Shown here one piece after another: positions 36,139 to 45,245 of a DNA stretch of 61,451 nucleotides. A program made the position numbers and the translations under genes. The notes under the pieces were generated by a model. It saw nothing but the letters and a program-made list of their open reading frames with translations, did not search any database and was not told the origin of the DNA. Origin of the DNA: Deltaproteobacteria bacterium (lineage in GTDB: Bacteria; Myxococcota_A; Polyangia; GCA-2747355); NCBI GenBank assembly GCA_019314525.1, contig JAFCZD010000026.1, positions 1 to 61,451 on the forward strand, given 5' to 3'. Each line of letters begins with the position of its first letter. Positions within the stretch are counted from its first letter, which is position 1.

Positions 36139-37338
36139 TCAGCGGTAAGGACCAACGTGGTTTGCGCTTGGTTTGGTGCGTGAGACCTCCCACTCGACCG
36201 CTTGGTTGAGCCAACGCGCAGCAGTGGTGGAGGGCAGATGGCATGAGGCGAGGTGCTCGTCGCCCATGAGGAGCAGCCTGGGCAAGGGGAGGGAGGAGAC
36301 ACGCACCACCTTGAGCTTGGTCAACGGCATGTGCTTTTCGCGGCCCCAAGGTGGGCGGAGGCTTATGCCTTTGGGGTTCACGCGCAGTCCATAGGGGCGC
36401 TTGAGGGCAAAGAGTGAGAGGGCGGTGAGGGCAAAGACCCCACCGCTCAACAAGAGCGGGAGTCCCGTCCTCGTGAAGACATGCGCTGCTAGCCCTATGA
36501 CCAGTTGAAGGAGCGCGAAGATGCCCATGAGCGCAAGAGCAGGTGATGCCGCTCGCCAGCTGGCGTGCAGGCCGTCTTCATTGAGCGTCGCCTGTATCCG
36601 CCCTGGCGCGTCGCCTGGGTGGGGGGGGGCTTTTTGTTGTCGCAGGCGTTCGCCCAGGGGGAGATCGAGCTCATGATGAAGTCGCAAGAGCGCATGTTCA
36701 CCACAGGTGTCAAGAAGAGGCACCTGCAGCGCATGGGCCAGGGTCTCGGCGGTCAACCATGCCGAGAGCGCGTCGGTGTGCTGAGTGACCTCCACCGAGG
36801 ATGCGGCGAGTTCCTCTACGAGGTCAGACGGAGACGCGCTCGCCTGGCCCAAGGTTTCCATCAGCGCGGAATCTTCACCGGTCTGGCCTTCACCGGTCTG
36901 GCCTTCACCGGTCTGGCCCTCGTTTCGCAACACAAGGCTGACAGTGAAGCATTTGGGGTGAGGATTCTGTGCCTGTCGCGCCTCGCTCATATGCACCGCG
37001 CCCGCACGGCCAGGCGTGACCTTGCCCGTGGGTAGCTGCAGCGTCCCCGTTGATTCCAGCGTCACCCGATCGCTGGCGAGGCGCCACATGGCGAGGCCGA
37101 TGAAGCCCACACACGCGGCCACGGCCGCGGTGCTCGCCAAGAGCAGGCTCGCTCCAGTGACCTGCGAGGAGAGCAGGCCAGCCAAGATGGCAAGGGCGAG
37201 GGATGCACCCAAGGCCCAAGCTGCCAGCACCGCACCCCGATGTCGAGTTTCACCGCGAGGGTAGAGGTGAATCAGCTCTCCCTCAGGGCGCACGACATGG
37301 TTGAGCCGTTGGAGGTTCATGTTAGCAGCATAGCGCAT
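36139..37338 (-). CDS. Membrane protein with two pairs of TM helices, each followed by a soluble segment; uncharacterised.
   Basis: The ATG at 37338 (MRYAANMNLQ) is preferred over track start 37407. TM helices AVLAAWALGASLALAILAGLL, LLASTAAVAACVGFIGLAMW, ALALMGIFALLQLVIGLAA and LLLSGGVFALTALSLFAL. Contains an internal EGQTG x3 repeat. Confidence 0.55.
   Translation of the reverse strand: MRYAANMNLQRLNHVVRPEGELIHLYPRGETRHRGAVLAAWALGASLALAILAGLLSSQVTGASLLLASTAAVAACVGFIGLAMWRLASDRVTLESTGTLQLPTGKVTPGRAGAVHMSEARQAQNPHPKCFTVSLVLRNEGQTGEGQTGEGQTGEDSALMETLGQASASPSDLVEELAASSVEVTQHTDALSAWLTAETLAHALQVPLLDTCGEHALLRLHHELDLPLGERLRQQKAPPHPGDAPGRIQATLNEDGLHASWRAASPALALMGIFALLQLVIGLAAHVFTRTGLPLLLSGGVFALTALSLFALKRPYGLRVNPKGISLRPPWGREKHMPLTKLKVVRVSSLPLPRLLLMGDEHLASCHLPSTTAARWLNQAVEWEVSRTKPSANHVGPYR
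36873..36917 (-). repeat. 15-bp in-frame tandem repeat x3 (encodes EGQTG x3).
   Basis: cttcaccggtctggc is repeated three times, perfectly. Confidence 0.9.
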
Positions 37339-37591
37339 CTCTGGTTCCTTGGCGCGAGGCGCCGGTGATACGTGGAGAAGCTCACAGTGTACCCAGGAGG
37401 CACGCATTTTGTGAACGGAAGCTAACAGAGTGTGTATCCGTCACGTCCATGTCGCGAAAAAACTGGCCTGAAACAAGGGCTGGGAGCATTCCAGCGGCTG
37501 GCACAGCTCGTGTATTGCAGAGTGGTGAAGTTGTGGAGTTTCGAAGTTGCGCTCGGCGCTGTTACGACCACGAGAACGCTGCGAGGGAGCT

Positions 37592-38869
37592 ATGAAGAGC
37601 ATGGTGTGGAAGTCAGCCGTTGTGATCCTTGGGATTTTCAGCACGGGAGATGCGCTGGCCAAAGAGCGGCGTGTTTGTGTCGAGGTGGTGCTGCGGGAAC
37701 CTACAGCACGTCCAGTCGAGAAGACGATGGCTTTACCTCCAACGACCACGTCCCCGACGTCGTCCAAACAAATAAGACCAAGCCAACCCACCGCTCCAAA
37801 GGTGGGTGGGCCACAGGTCGATGACCACGAAAGTCCAAAGACTCCTGCGGTAGATCTCCTTGGCCAGCAGAAGAAGGCCAGGCTCCGTCCACGACGCTTG
37901 AGACGTCCTCCAAGGGCTTCTCTGGTACGTCCTCCACGCTGGAAAGCCACCCGCTATGACCTCTCGCAGATGCCCCTCGGCCAAACCCCGGTGACCTACC
38001 TCGAGCGCCTCCTTGAGCACTTTGTTACCCACGAGGGGGGCTTTACGGCGGCGAAGCAGAAGTGCGAACAGACGCTGCGCGTGGAGCTCTATCCCTTGCG
38101 TGAGGGGTGGACAGCCTTCGCCCGTTACACAGGCCACGGTCGCGAAGAGTGGGTGGAGCAGCTGCTCCCTGACGAGCTGAGCCAATTTGCCGAGCGCGCG
38201 GTGCAAGCCTTGCTGCACAATCAGCCCATCAGCACGACCATCAAGCGTGACACCGTGTTGCGTGCTGATACACGTATCCCCAAGCGTTGGATTGGCGGGA
38301 CCCATCACCTCGCCATCTCCCTCGGGACCCAGCTGCGCTTTGGCATCATCGACACCGTGCAGGATGGTGGCGCCGTGGAGAGTGAGGTGCGCATTTTTTC
38401 GCCTATGACCTTCAACGTCGGCTATCGCGGCAAATTCGAAAACTGGGCTATTGAGGCCATGGGAAACCTTGGTCTCAACGCCAACCGGACGGCGGTGCGT
38501 CGCAACCCTGCTGGAGGCCACGTCGATATGGGCGGTAACGCGGGCATCTCGGTGCACTTCTTACGCTACCTCAACCCACGGGGCATCACGTCCTTCTACC
38601 TTGGCGCTGGCAGCCGCTTCGAGGTGCTCTGGTTCGAGCTCATTCGCGCCGAGAGCGCACGTGAGGGAGATACGCGCAGTACCCTCGCTTCAGGTGGCAT
38701 CAACGTCGACCTGGTCTTCGGCTGGGAGTTCATGCGTGCCACGAAGATCCAGTGGGTGATCCAGGGTGAGGTGCACCTGCCGGCGTATATCATCGACACC
38801 GAAAATGATCACGGTCGCGTGGGCTCCTGGGTGCCTGGCGCGTCCCTCTCCTTGGGCGTGCTCTTTTAA
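37592..38869 (+). CDS. Predicted outer-membrane beta-barrel protein with an N-terminal Pro-rich and alpha/beta region (paralog A).
   Basis: ATG 37592 after GAGGGAG. Signal peptide MKSMVWKSAVVILGIFSTGDALA. The C-terminal half has alternating hydrophobic strands and ends ...SLSLGVLF (terminal Phe). Confidence 0.55.
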   Translation: MKSMVWKSAVVILGIFSTGDALAKERRVCVEVVLREPTARPVEKTMALPPTTTSPTSSKQIRPSQPTAPKVGGPQVDDHESPKTPAVDLLGQQKKARLRPRRLRRPPRASLVRPPRWKATRYDLSQMPLGQTPVTYLERLLEHFVTHEGGFTAAKQKCEQTLRVELYPLREGWTAFARYTGHGREEWVEQLLPDELSQFAERAVQALLHNQPISTTIKRDTVLRADTRIPKRWIGGTHHLAISLGTQLRFGIIDTVQDGGAVESEVRIFSPMTFNVGYRGKFENWAIEAMGNLGLNANRTAVRRNPAGGHVDMGGNAGISVHFLRYLNPRGITSFYLGAGSRFEVLWFELIRAESAREGDTRSTLASGGINVDLVFGWEFMRATKIQWVIQGEVHLPAYIIDTENDHGRVGSWVPGASLSLGVLF

Positions 38870-38871
38870 AC

Positions 38872-39813
38872 ATGGACATCAGGATGCTACACGGGACCCT
38901 ACGCTCGATGCTATTGATGGGGCTCTTGATGACGCTGATGAGCGCTCCACGCTTGGCTCAAGCGAAGGTGAAGCTCTGCCTGGACGTTCGCGCTGACACA
39001 GAGCTCTCCGGTTTGACCAAGCTGCTGCGCGCACAGCTCTTGCACCACCCCAGCCACCTCGCCGTGGACAAAGGTTGTGATTCATACTTGATGGTACAGC
39101 TCTTTTCGCTGGCCAAAGCCCACTACCTCACCTTGCGCATTAATCAAGAGGTACCGCTGCGATTCTCGCTGAAGAACCTCCAGGCCGACCTAGAACAGAA
39201 GCTGAAAGAAGCGCTACGGCGTGTCCTCAAGCGCGACCCTGTCTACCTGGGGCGTGACATTCGCGAGTACAGCCGCTTAGAGCGGGCCATGCGCAGCGTA
39301 TTGGTGCGCGGCCATACACGCTTTCGCTTCGAGATCTTCGAGGTGCTGGCGCGCTCGGGTGCGGGCGCCTCCTTCGCCTCAGCGGCGGGGTTTTCGCTGA
39401 CGCGCGGCTCGGAGCGGTGGAGGGTCTTCGCCCGGGTCTTTGGTGGAGGTGCAGTGGACGGCACACCACGTGAGGGGCAGGTCCTGCGCGTCGTGGCGGG
39501 CGGCGAGGCAGGGCTGACCTACGAGTTTTTCCTGCGCGAGACCTGGTCGCCCTATCTCAGCGCCTCTCTTGGCGGGCAGCTGCTGCATTTCGAAGGGTAC
39601 GCGAGCTCCGGCGCTGGCGACGTTGAGACCAACACAGATCGTGGCGCCTTCTTTGGGTTACGAGCAGGGGTGCGACTCTTTCGCGCCCACGACTTCGATT
39701 TTGACGTTTTCGTCGCCGCCAGCGTACCATTCTTCTTGACTCAGGATCCTGACAGCTTGCTGCCAGGGGCCTATACGCCACAAATGCAGGTGGGGGTGGG
39801 GGTGGGGTTTTGA
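38872..39813 (+). CDS. Predicted outer-membrane beta-barrel protein (paralog B of the preceding gene).
   Basis: Starts 2 bp after the previous stop. Has a signal peptide ...LMSAPRLAQA. It shares motifs with paralog A (KVKLCLDV vs RRVCVEV; GCDSYLMVQLFSL vs KCEQTLRVELYPL). Ends ...QVGVGVGF. Confidence 0.55.
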   Translation: MDIRMLHGTLRSMLLMGLLMTLMSAPRLAQAKVKLCLDVRADTELSGLTKLLRAQLLHHPSHLAVDKGCDSYLMVQLFSLAKAHYLTLRINQEVPLRFSLKNLQADLEQKLKEALRRVLKRDPVYLGRDIREYSRLERAMRSVLVRGHTRFRFEIFEVLARSGAGASFASAAGFSLTRGSERWRVFARVFGGGAVDGTPREGQVLRVVAGGEAGLTYEFFLRETWSPYLSASLGGQLLHFEGYASSGAGDVETNTDRGAFFGLRAGVRLFRAHDFDFDVFVAASVPFFLTQDPDSLLPGAYTPQMQVGVGVGF

Positions 39814-39903
39814 AGTGGAGGGCGGAGGGAGAACCACAGGAGGGACACTGGCTGGGTTCACCCTCCGCACCCTGAGTGAGGGTTCAGTCGGGGTTTAGCT
39901 GGT

Positions 39904-41049
39904 TTAGCAGCTAGAGCAAGGGGGCCCACCCATGCCGCCGGTTGGACGGGGCTCTGGGATGTCAGTGCAGGTGCCAGAGTTGCAGAAGCCACCTGTGCCA
40001 CATGCAGCGTCAGAGTCACATGTCTTGCTCGTGCAGCTGCCGGAGTTGCAGGAGCCGCCGGTGCCGCAATCTTCATCACAGGAGCAGTCCTTGGTGATGC
40101 AGAGGTTGCTGTCGCCGCAACGTGAGCCTGAGCCGCAGGCTGCGTCGGTGCTGCAGGTCTTCGCTTCGCACTTGCCAGAAAAGCAGTTGGCGCCCGCGCC
40201 GCAGTCCTCATCACAGCCGCAGTCTTTGACCTCACATTGGCCGGAGGAGCATTTTCCACCCGCGCCGCAGTCATCATCGCAGGAGCAGCTGCCACGATAG
40301 CAGTGGCCGAGCATCCCGTTGGTGAAGCCGCACATATAGCCTTGGCCGCAGCCATCCGAGCTGTCGCAATCGCGCGGAACGCAACGTCCCTGGCCACAGA
40401 AGTGATCGGAGGCGCAGTCGCCATCGGCCTGACAACCTTGGCGGTGGCACTTTCCGAGCAATCCGTAGGTGTTGCCGCACATATAACCGTGCCCGCAGCC
40501 GTCCGAGGTGTCACATTCGTGTGGACGGCATTTGCCGAGGCCACATTTGAAGCCCTCGCCGCACTCGGCGTCGCAGGAACACTTCTCGGAGACACATTTG
40601 CCAAGCAGGCCATTGGTATGACCACACATCTGGCCCTGCCCGCAGCCCTCAGAGGTGCTGCATTCGCGCGCCTGGCATTTTCCTGCGCCGCAGCCGCGGC
40701 CCTTGCTGCAACCTGCGTCACGATCGCATTCTCGTGGTTCGCAGCGGCCTGTGGCGCAGCCGCAGTCAGCGTCACACTCTTGGTCTACTGAACACTCTGT
40801 GGCCACGCATACTGCCGCTTCACAGATGAAGCCTGTGCCGCAGTCAGCGTCAAACTCGCAAACGGCTGCTTCACAGGTACCAAACCCACATTGCAAGATA
40901 TTCGAGGCGCAGTCCCCATCCTCGAGGCAGATCACCCCGAAGTTCTTCTCCTCGGTGGGCGCACCAACGCCAACGACTCCTTGGCAGCCCACCATGACCA
41001 GCAAGGCAGCACAACACACCACAATAATTCCAGACCTTCGATAAACCAT
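39904..41049 (-). CDS. Cysteine-rich repeat lipoprotein (about 66 Cys in 381 aa).
   Basis: Lipobox LLVMVGC. Reiterated modules of the form C..D.DCG.G..C..G.C. GGAGGG lies 6 nt upstream of the ATG. Confidence 0.8.
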   Translation of the reverse strand: MVYRRSGIIVVCCAALLVMVGCQGVVGVGAPTEEKNFGVICLEDGDCASNILQCGFGTCEAAVCEFDADCGTGFICEAAVCVATECSVDQECDADCGCATGRCEPRECDRDAGCSKGRGCGAGKCQARECSTSEGCGQGQMCGHTNGLLGKCVSEKCSCDAECGEGFKCGLGKCRPHECDTSDGCGHGYMCGNTYGLLGKCHRQGCQADGDCASDHFCGQGRCVPRDCDSSDGCGQGYMCGFTNGMLGHCYRGSCSCDDDCGAGGKCSSGQCEVKDCGCDEDCGAGANCFSGKCEAKTCSTDAACGSGSRCGDSNLCITKDCSCDEDCGTGGSCNSGSCTSKTCDSDAACGTGGFCNSGTCTDIPEPRPTGGMGGPPCSSC

Positions 41050-41523
41050 ACATGTCCCTCCGGTTTGTTCGTCCTATGCGTTACGAGATAACGGTAGAAG
41101 AGTTCCACGGATAGTGAACATTTATATATAAAACAGCAGAGCGTAACGGGCGCTCGGACTGACAGGAAGTGCTGTTATTGCAGGGAGGTGGCGTAGCTGT
41201 GCAGATGCGGGTCAATATCGCAACGCAGGAGCGCTATCTGTAAAGGAAGATGTATAAACGCGTTATTGGTATGCCATAAACGCGAAATAAAAAAAGGGGG
41301 GTCTCTCTTGTTAACAAAGTTGCCAAAAAGTGGCTCCCAACCGCCGTGTCCATCACGAACGCGGCGGCGGGAACCGGCCAGCATCCTGGGCCTTCCTACA
41401 GCAAGACTCGCTCCAACTATTTGGATCTATCTACATGTCGTAATGCTGGGGGGTTAGGAGTTGAAAGCAGCACCAGCGGTGGGGGAAGACACTCCAGCCA
41501 GGGGAAATGTCCCCAAAAATAGG

Positions 41524-43764
41524 TCAGTTTCGTTTCTGATCTGCAACCCCACGGGTGATGTCAGCGCTGGTGATCTTCGGGTTGATCTCGATCTTTTCGA
41601 TGATCCAGGTTTGTACCTTCTTGCCACTCTGTGTCTCAGCGTGATGGGGCAGCCAGACATGGCCCACCTTGCGGTGATCGCTGTAGCTGGTGATGCGTGA
41701 GATTCCACCTGCTCCGCGGCGGCGCATTTCTATCAGGCGCAGGGTCTTGGGTGCAAAGACGAGGGTCAGAGGCTCGGCGTCCTTCGGATAGACGTCAAGG
41801 GCCAGCTTGCCCTTCAGCGCAGTCTCCTTGCTCGGACGCAGACGCACCTCTCGTGCCGCGGCATGGCGGAATAGGAAGGCTGGGCGGCGCCAAACCATGC
41901 TCCGCAGGGCGGAGACCTGTTGGGCAGACATCGCATGCGGCGAACCCGTGATCAGGTTGAAGCCCTTCTTTCCGGCGAGCACCTGGATCAGGCGTAGCTT
42001 GGGCATGCCAGGTTTGTTCATGGCGAGCTCGAAGTCGAGGCGCGCCTGGTCGGGTGCGATGAGCAGCAGCGTGTAGTTTGCGGGGACTATCCCACGCTTA
42101 AGCGTGCCCTGCAGCCGTAAGCGCTGCAGCTTGGAGAACGCTCGATCGCCTCCATTTGCCTTGACGACGCGGTCGAGCAGCTTGCGGCCCATGCGCTGCT
42201 CGGCGGGTGAGATCTTGGCTGCCCGCCGCGCCATTGTTCGCTCGAGTGCGCTGATGGGGGCCAGATACGAGATCTGTGTGAAGGGGATCTTCGCTGCCTC
42301 GAGGAGCGGTGCCACCACGCTCGCTTTGCCCACGATGGCGCAGAGCAGCCGGTTGGGTTTGACGTACGCTCGAGCAGCGGCGGCGATTTCTTTGACTCCC
42401 TGGCGCTCAATGCGCAGGGGAAACTCTGTGACATAGCGATCTCCCAGTCCGCGCAGCTGTGCCAGCGCCAGTGATGCCGCGAGCTGGGAGGCTGTCTTGA
42501 AGCGGATGGGATAGCTCCCCACCATCTTGCCCTTGGCCGCCTTGATCTCTCCCTTGGTGGGCGGCTTGGCGCGGATCTTCCTCAGCTCGGCGCGCACGAG
42601 CTCCAAGGTGCGTATGATCTCGGTGTTACGTGTGGAGCTGCGTACGCGAAAGACCCCATCGGCCTGATGGGCGTAGAAGGCGCTAGAAATGCCATAGGTC
42701 TTTCCACCTTTGGATCTCACCTCTTTCATCAGACGTGAGCTGAAGCCTCCACCACCGAGCACATAATTCACCAGGCGGAGGGGGTCTCTGGCGGGGTTGC
42801 TGATGTTCACGCCAGCGTGACCCAGCATGAAGAAGCTTTGGGTCAGGTCGCTCTTGTCTACGAGCAGCACTCTCAGCCCTGGTCTTGGGTTCTTGACGGG
42901 AGCGATCACGCGCCGAGTGGCTCGCCCACGCCGCCAGTTGGAGAAGCGTGCTCCCACCCGTTTGCTGATGTTGGTGGGCACGTCGCCGGAGAGCACGAGG
43001 ATCGACCCCGTGGGCAAGAGGTGACGAGCATGGAAGCGCTTCAAGTCGCCTCGCGTGATCGACTCCACGCTCTTGGCCGTCAATGGTCGTCCAGCGGGGT
43101 GGTCGTCGCCGTAGAGCATGTTGTAAAAGTGCAGCGCCGCCAGCTGGCCGGGGTCATCACGGGCTTGTTTGACCTGCCCCAGGAGGCTATCTCGCACCTC
43201 CTTCATCTCGTTGAGGGGAAAGGTCGGCCGCGCCACGAGCTCGAAGACGGTCTGCAGACAGAGGTCGAAGGTCTTGCTGCGACCCGAGCAAGAGATCGTC
43301 GAGCTCTCATGTCCCGGAGAGATGTGGAGGCTGGCGCCTGGAGCCTCGACCCTGGCGGAGATCTCATCAGCGCTCCTTCCACGTACGCCTTGGCGCAACA
43401 TCTTCATGGTGAAGTCCGAGAGCCCCACCTTATGGGCTGGGTCATCGACAGCGCCGGATTTGATCAGCAACTTGACGTTCACCAGCGGCAGGGTGGGGTC
43501 GCGCACCACCAACACCGAGAGCCCGTTCTTGAGGGGATGTCGCTGGATGGGTGGGAGCTTGAAGGCTTCCGCCGGGGCGGCAGGGGGCTGCTTGATCAAC
43601 AGGCTCTCGTCGGCCCAGGGATCGGGGGCGGGCGACTCTGGAGCCTTCTTTTTTAAGACACCATGAGAGGACGCGCCCTCTGCCCCTTTGGGAGGTGGGA
43701 GCTTCGAGGGCGGTGAGCAAGCCGTGAGCGTGGTGAGCAGCACACAGAAAATGATGTGCTTCAT
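41524..43764 (-). CDS. M16-family peptidase-like lipoprotein lacking the HxxEH zinc motif (non-catalytic subunit) with a C-terminal extension of about 250 aa.
   Basis: Lipobox LTTLTAC. It has the M16 fold pattern (LKNGLSVLVVRDPTLPLVNVKLLIKSGAVDDP...) but no HxxEH. Its ATG overlaps the upstream M16 stop (ATGA at 43761..43764). Confidence 0.75.
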   Translation of the reverse strand: MKHIIFCVLLTTLTACSPPSKLPPPKGAEGASSHGVLKKKAPESPAPDPWADESLLIKQPPAAPAEAFKLPPIQRHPLKNGLSVLVVRDPTLPLVNVKLLIKSGAVDDPAHKVGLSDFTMKMLRQGVRGRSADEISARVEAPGASLHISPGHESSTISCSGRSKTFDLCLQTVFELVARPTFPLNEMKEVRDSLLGQVKQARDDPGQLAALHFYNMLYGDDHPAGRPLTAKSVESITRGDLKRFHARHLLPTGSILVLSGDVPTNISKRVGARFSNWRRGRATRRVIAPVKNPRPGLRVLLVDKSDLTQSFFMLGHAGVNISNPARDPLRLVNYVLGGGGFSSRLMKEVRSKGGKTYGISSAFYAHQADGVFRVRSSTRNTEIIRTLELVRAELRKIRAKPPTKGEIKAAKGKMVGSYPIRFKTASQLAASLALAQLRGLGDRYVTEFPLRIERQGVKEIAAAARAYVKPNRLLCAIVGKASVVAPLLEAAKIPFTQISYLAPISALERTMARRAAKISPAEQRMGRKLLDRVVKANGGDRAFSKLQRLRLQGTLKRGIVPANYTLLLIAPDQARLDFELAMNKPGMPKLRLIQVLAGKKGFNLITGSPHAMSAQQVSALRSMVWRRPAFLFRHAAAREVRLRPSKETALKGKLALDVYPKDAEPLTLVFAPKTLRLIEMRRRGAGGISRITSYSDHRKVGHVWLPHHAETQSGKKVQTWIIEKIEINPKITSADITRGVADQKRN

Positions 43765-45107
43765 TTTGCACCTCCCTTGCTTTTGCCGGCGGGCACGAGC
43801 ACGAGGCTCAGGTTCGTGGGTGATAGATAACGAGCGGCGACGCGCTTGATGTCCGCGTTCGTGACCTTGTCCAGCGCCAAGGCGTCGTTGATGAAAGCCA
43901 TGGGGTTGCCCCGGACCAGCGCTGCTTGCCCCACCTGATACGCGATGCCCTCCACCGTGGCCAAGCCACGAAGGTGTGAGGTAGCGAGCTGGTTTTTTGC
44001 CTTGGAGAGCTCTTTCTGCGTGACACCCTTTTCCCGGACCTTCTCGATCTCGGCCAGCAGCGCGGTGTTCAAGGTATCGACGTTGTGTTGGGGCAGCCCC
44101 ACAGCATAGACAAAGAAGAGCCCAGGGTGTTCCAGCTGCCGGGTGAAGCCACCGGCGCCGAGGGCGATCTTCTGCTTGCGTACCATGGCTCGGTGAAGAC
44201 GTGAGCTTCGCCCCGCGGAGAGGATCGTCGAGAGCACCCGCAGCGCCGAGATGTCAGGGCTGCGCGCCGAAGGGATATGGTACACACCGAGCACGACATT
44301 GAGCTGGGAGTTCCAGTCGGCGCGCAGCAAGCGCTGCTTCTTCTGGGGCGGCTCAACGATGGAGACGCCTGGAGTCTTCGGGCCACCTGAGAGGCCACCA
44401 AAGAAGTGCTTCACGGCCTTTTGGACTTCTCCCCGCTTCAGATCCCCAGCCACCACCAACGTCGCGTTATTGGGTTGGTAGTAGCGCTCATAGAAACGTT
44501 GGTAGGTCTCGAGCTTCGAGCGGTCGAGGTCTCCGATGTCCCCAGCAGGTGTCCAAGCGTAGGGGTGTTTTTTGTAGGCCAGCTCGTGGATCGCCTCAAA
44601 AGCGCGGCCGATGGGATCGTTCTCCATGCGCTGGCGCTTCTCTTCTTTGACGACCTCCCGCTCACTCTTGAGCATCTTGTTGCTGATCATCAGGCTGCGC
44701 ATGCGCTCCGCTTCGAGCTGCAGCGCGAGCTTGAAATACTGCTTGGGCAGGGTGTTGTGGTAGGCGGTCACGTCTTGGGTCGTGAAGGCGTTGACGCTGC
44801 CTCCGAGGGCTGAGAGCAACTCTGCGTGGGCCTCAGGACGCACACGACGTGAGCCCTTGAACATCATATGCTCGAACATATGCGCCACGCCGCGGATCCC
44901 TCGACGCTCGTTTTTCGACCCCACATGGTACCAGACCTGTACGGACGCGATGGGGATGCGGTGATGGGGCACGAAGATCACCTGCAGCCCATTGGGCAGC
45001 GCCCAACGCTCGAGCTTGATATCAGCCTTTGATGGCCCGCCGTTGGCCTGGCGCAGGGTACCAAGAGCCAGCACCATCGTGAGAGCGAAAAGAAGCGAGT
45101 ATTTCAT
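43761..45107 (-). CDS. M16-family zinc metallopeptidase (insulinase/pitrilysin-like, catalytic subunit).
   Basis: HMFEHMMFKG is the HxxEH motif. NGLQVIFVPHHRIPIASVQVWYHVGS. Signal peptide MKYSLLFALTMVLALGTL. ATG 45107 is preferred to the TTG at 45128. Confidence 0.85.
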   Translation of the reverse strand: MKYSLLFALTMVLALGTLRQANGGPSKADIKLERWALPNGLQVIFVPHHRIPIASVQVWYHVGSKNERRGIRGVAHMFEHMMFKGSRRVRPEAHAELLSALGGSVNAFTTQDVTAYHNTLPKQYFKLALQLEAERMRSLMISNKMLKSEREVVKEEKRQRMENDPIGRAFEAIHELAYKKHPYAWTPAGDIGDLDRSKLETYQRFYERYYQPNNATLVVAGDLKRGEVQKAVKHFFGGLSGGPKTPGVSIVEPPQKKQRLLRADWNSQLNVVLGVYHIPSARSPDISALRVLSTILSAGRSSRLHRAMVRKQKIALGAGGFTRQLEHPGLFFVYAVGLPQHNVDTLNTALLAEIEKVREKGVTQKELSKAKNQLATSHLRGLATVEGIAYQVGQAALVRGNPMAFINDALALDKVTNADIKRVAARYLSPTNLSLVLVPAGKSKGGAK

Positions 45108-45245
45108 GAACCCTCCAAAGAGAAGCAAGCGGGCCGAAGCCTAGCACTTGGGTGGCGGCGTAGCACCCCGGCGACGCCAGGCGTTGAGAGGTGGTGAGAC
45201 CAGCCATTCCTCAGGAGCCACCAGATGTGATAACTTCGAGCTGTT

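Noticed and set aside
39858-40775. 305-aa alternative minus-strand frame (Ala/Thr/Pro-rich) within the Cys-rich lipoprotein gene, plus the plus-strand ORFs there.
   Set aside because: The off-frame translation is low complexity. The 39904..41049 frame has a lipobox, an SD and a regular Cys-repeat pattern.
41499-41523. Hairpin gggga-aatg-tcccc after the M16 operon as an intrinsic terminator.
   Set aside because: The stem is only 5 bp, and on the transcribed (minus) strand the T run precedes rather than follows the stem.
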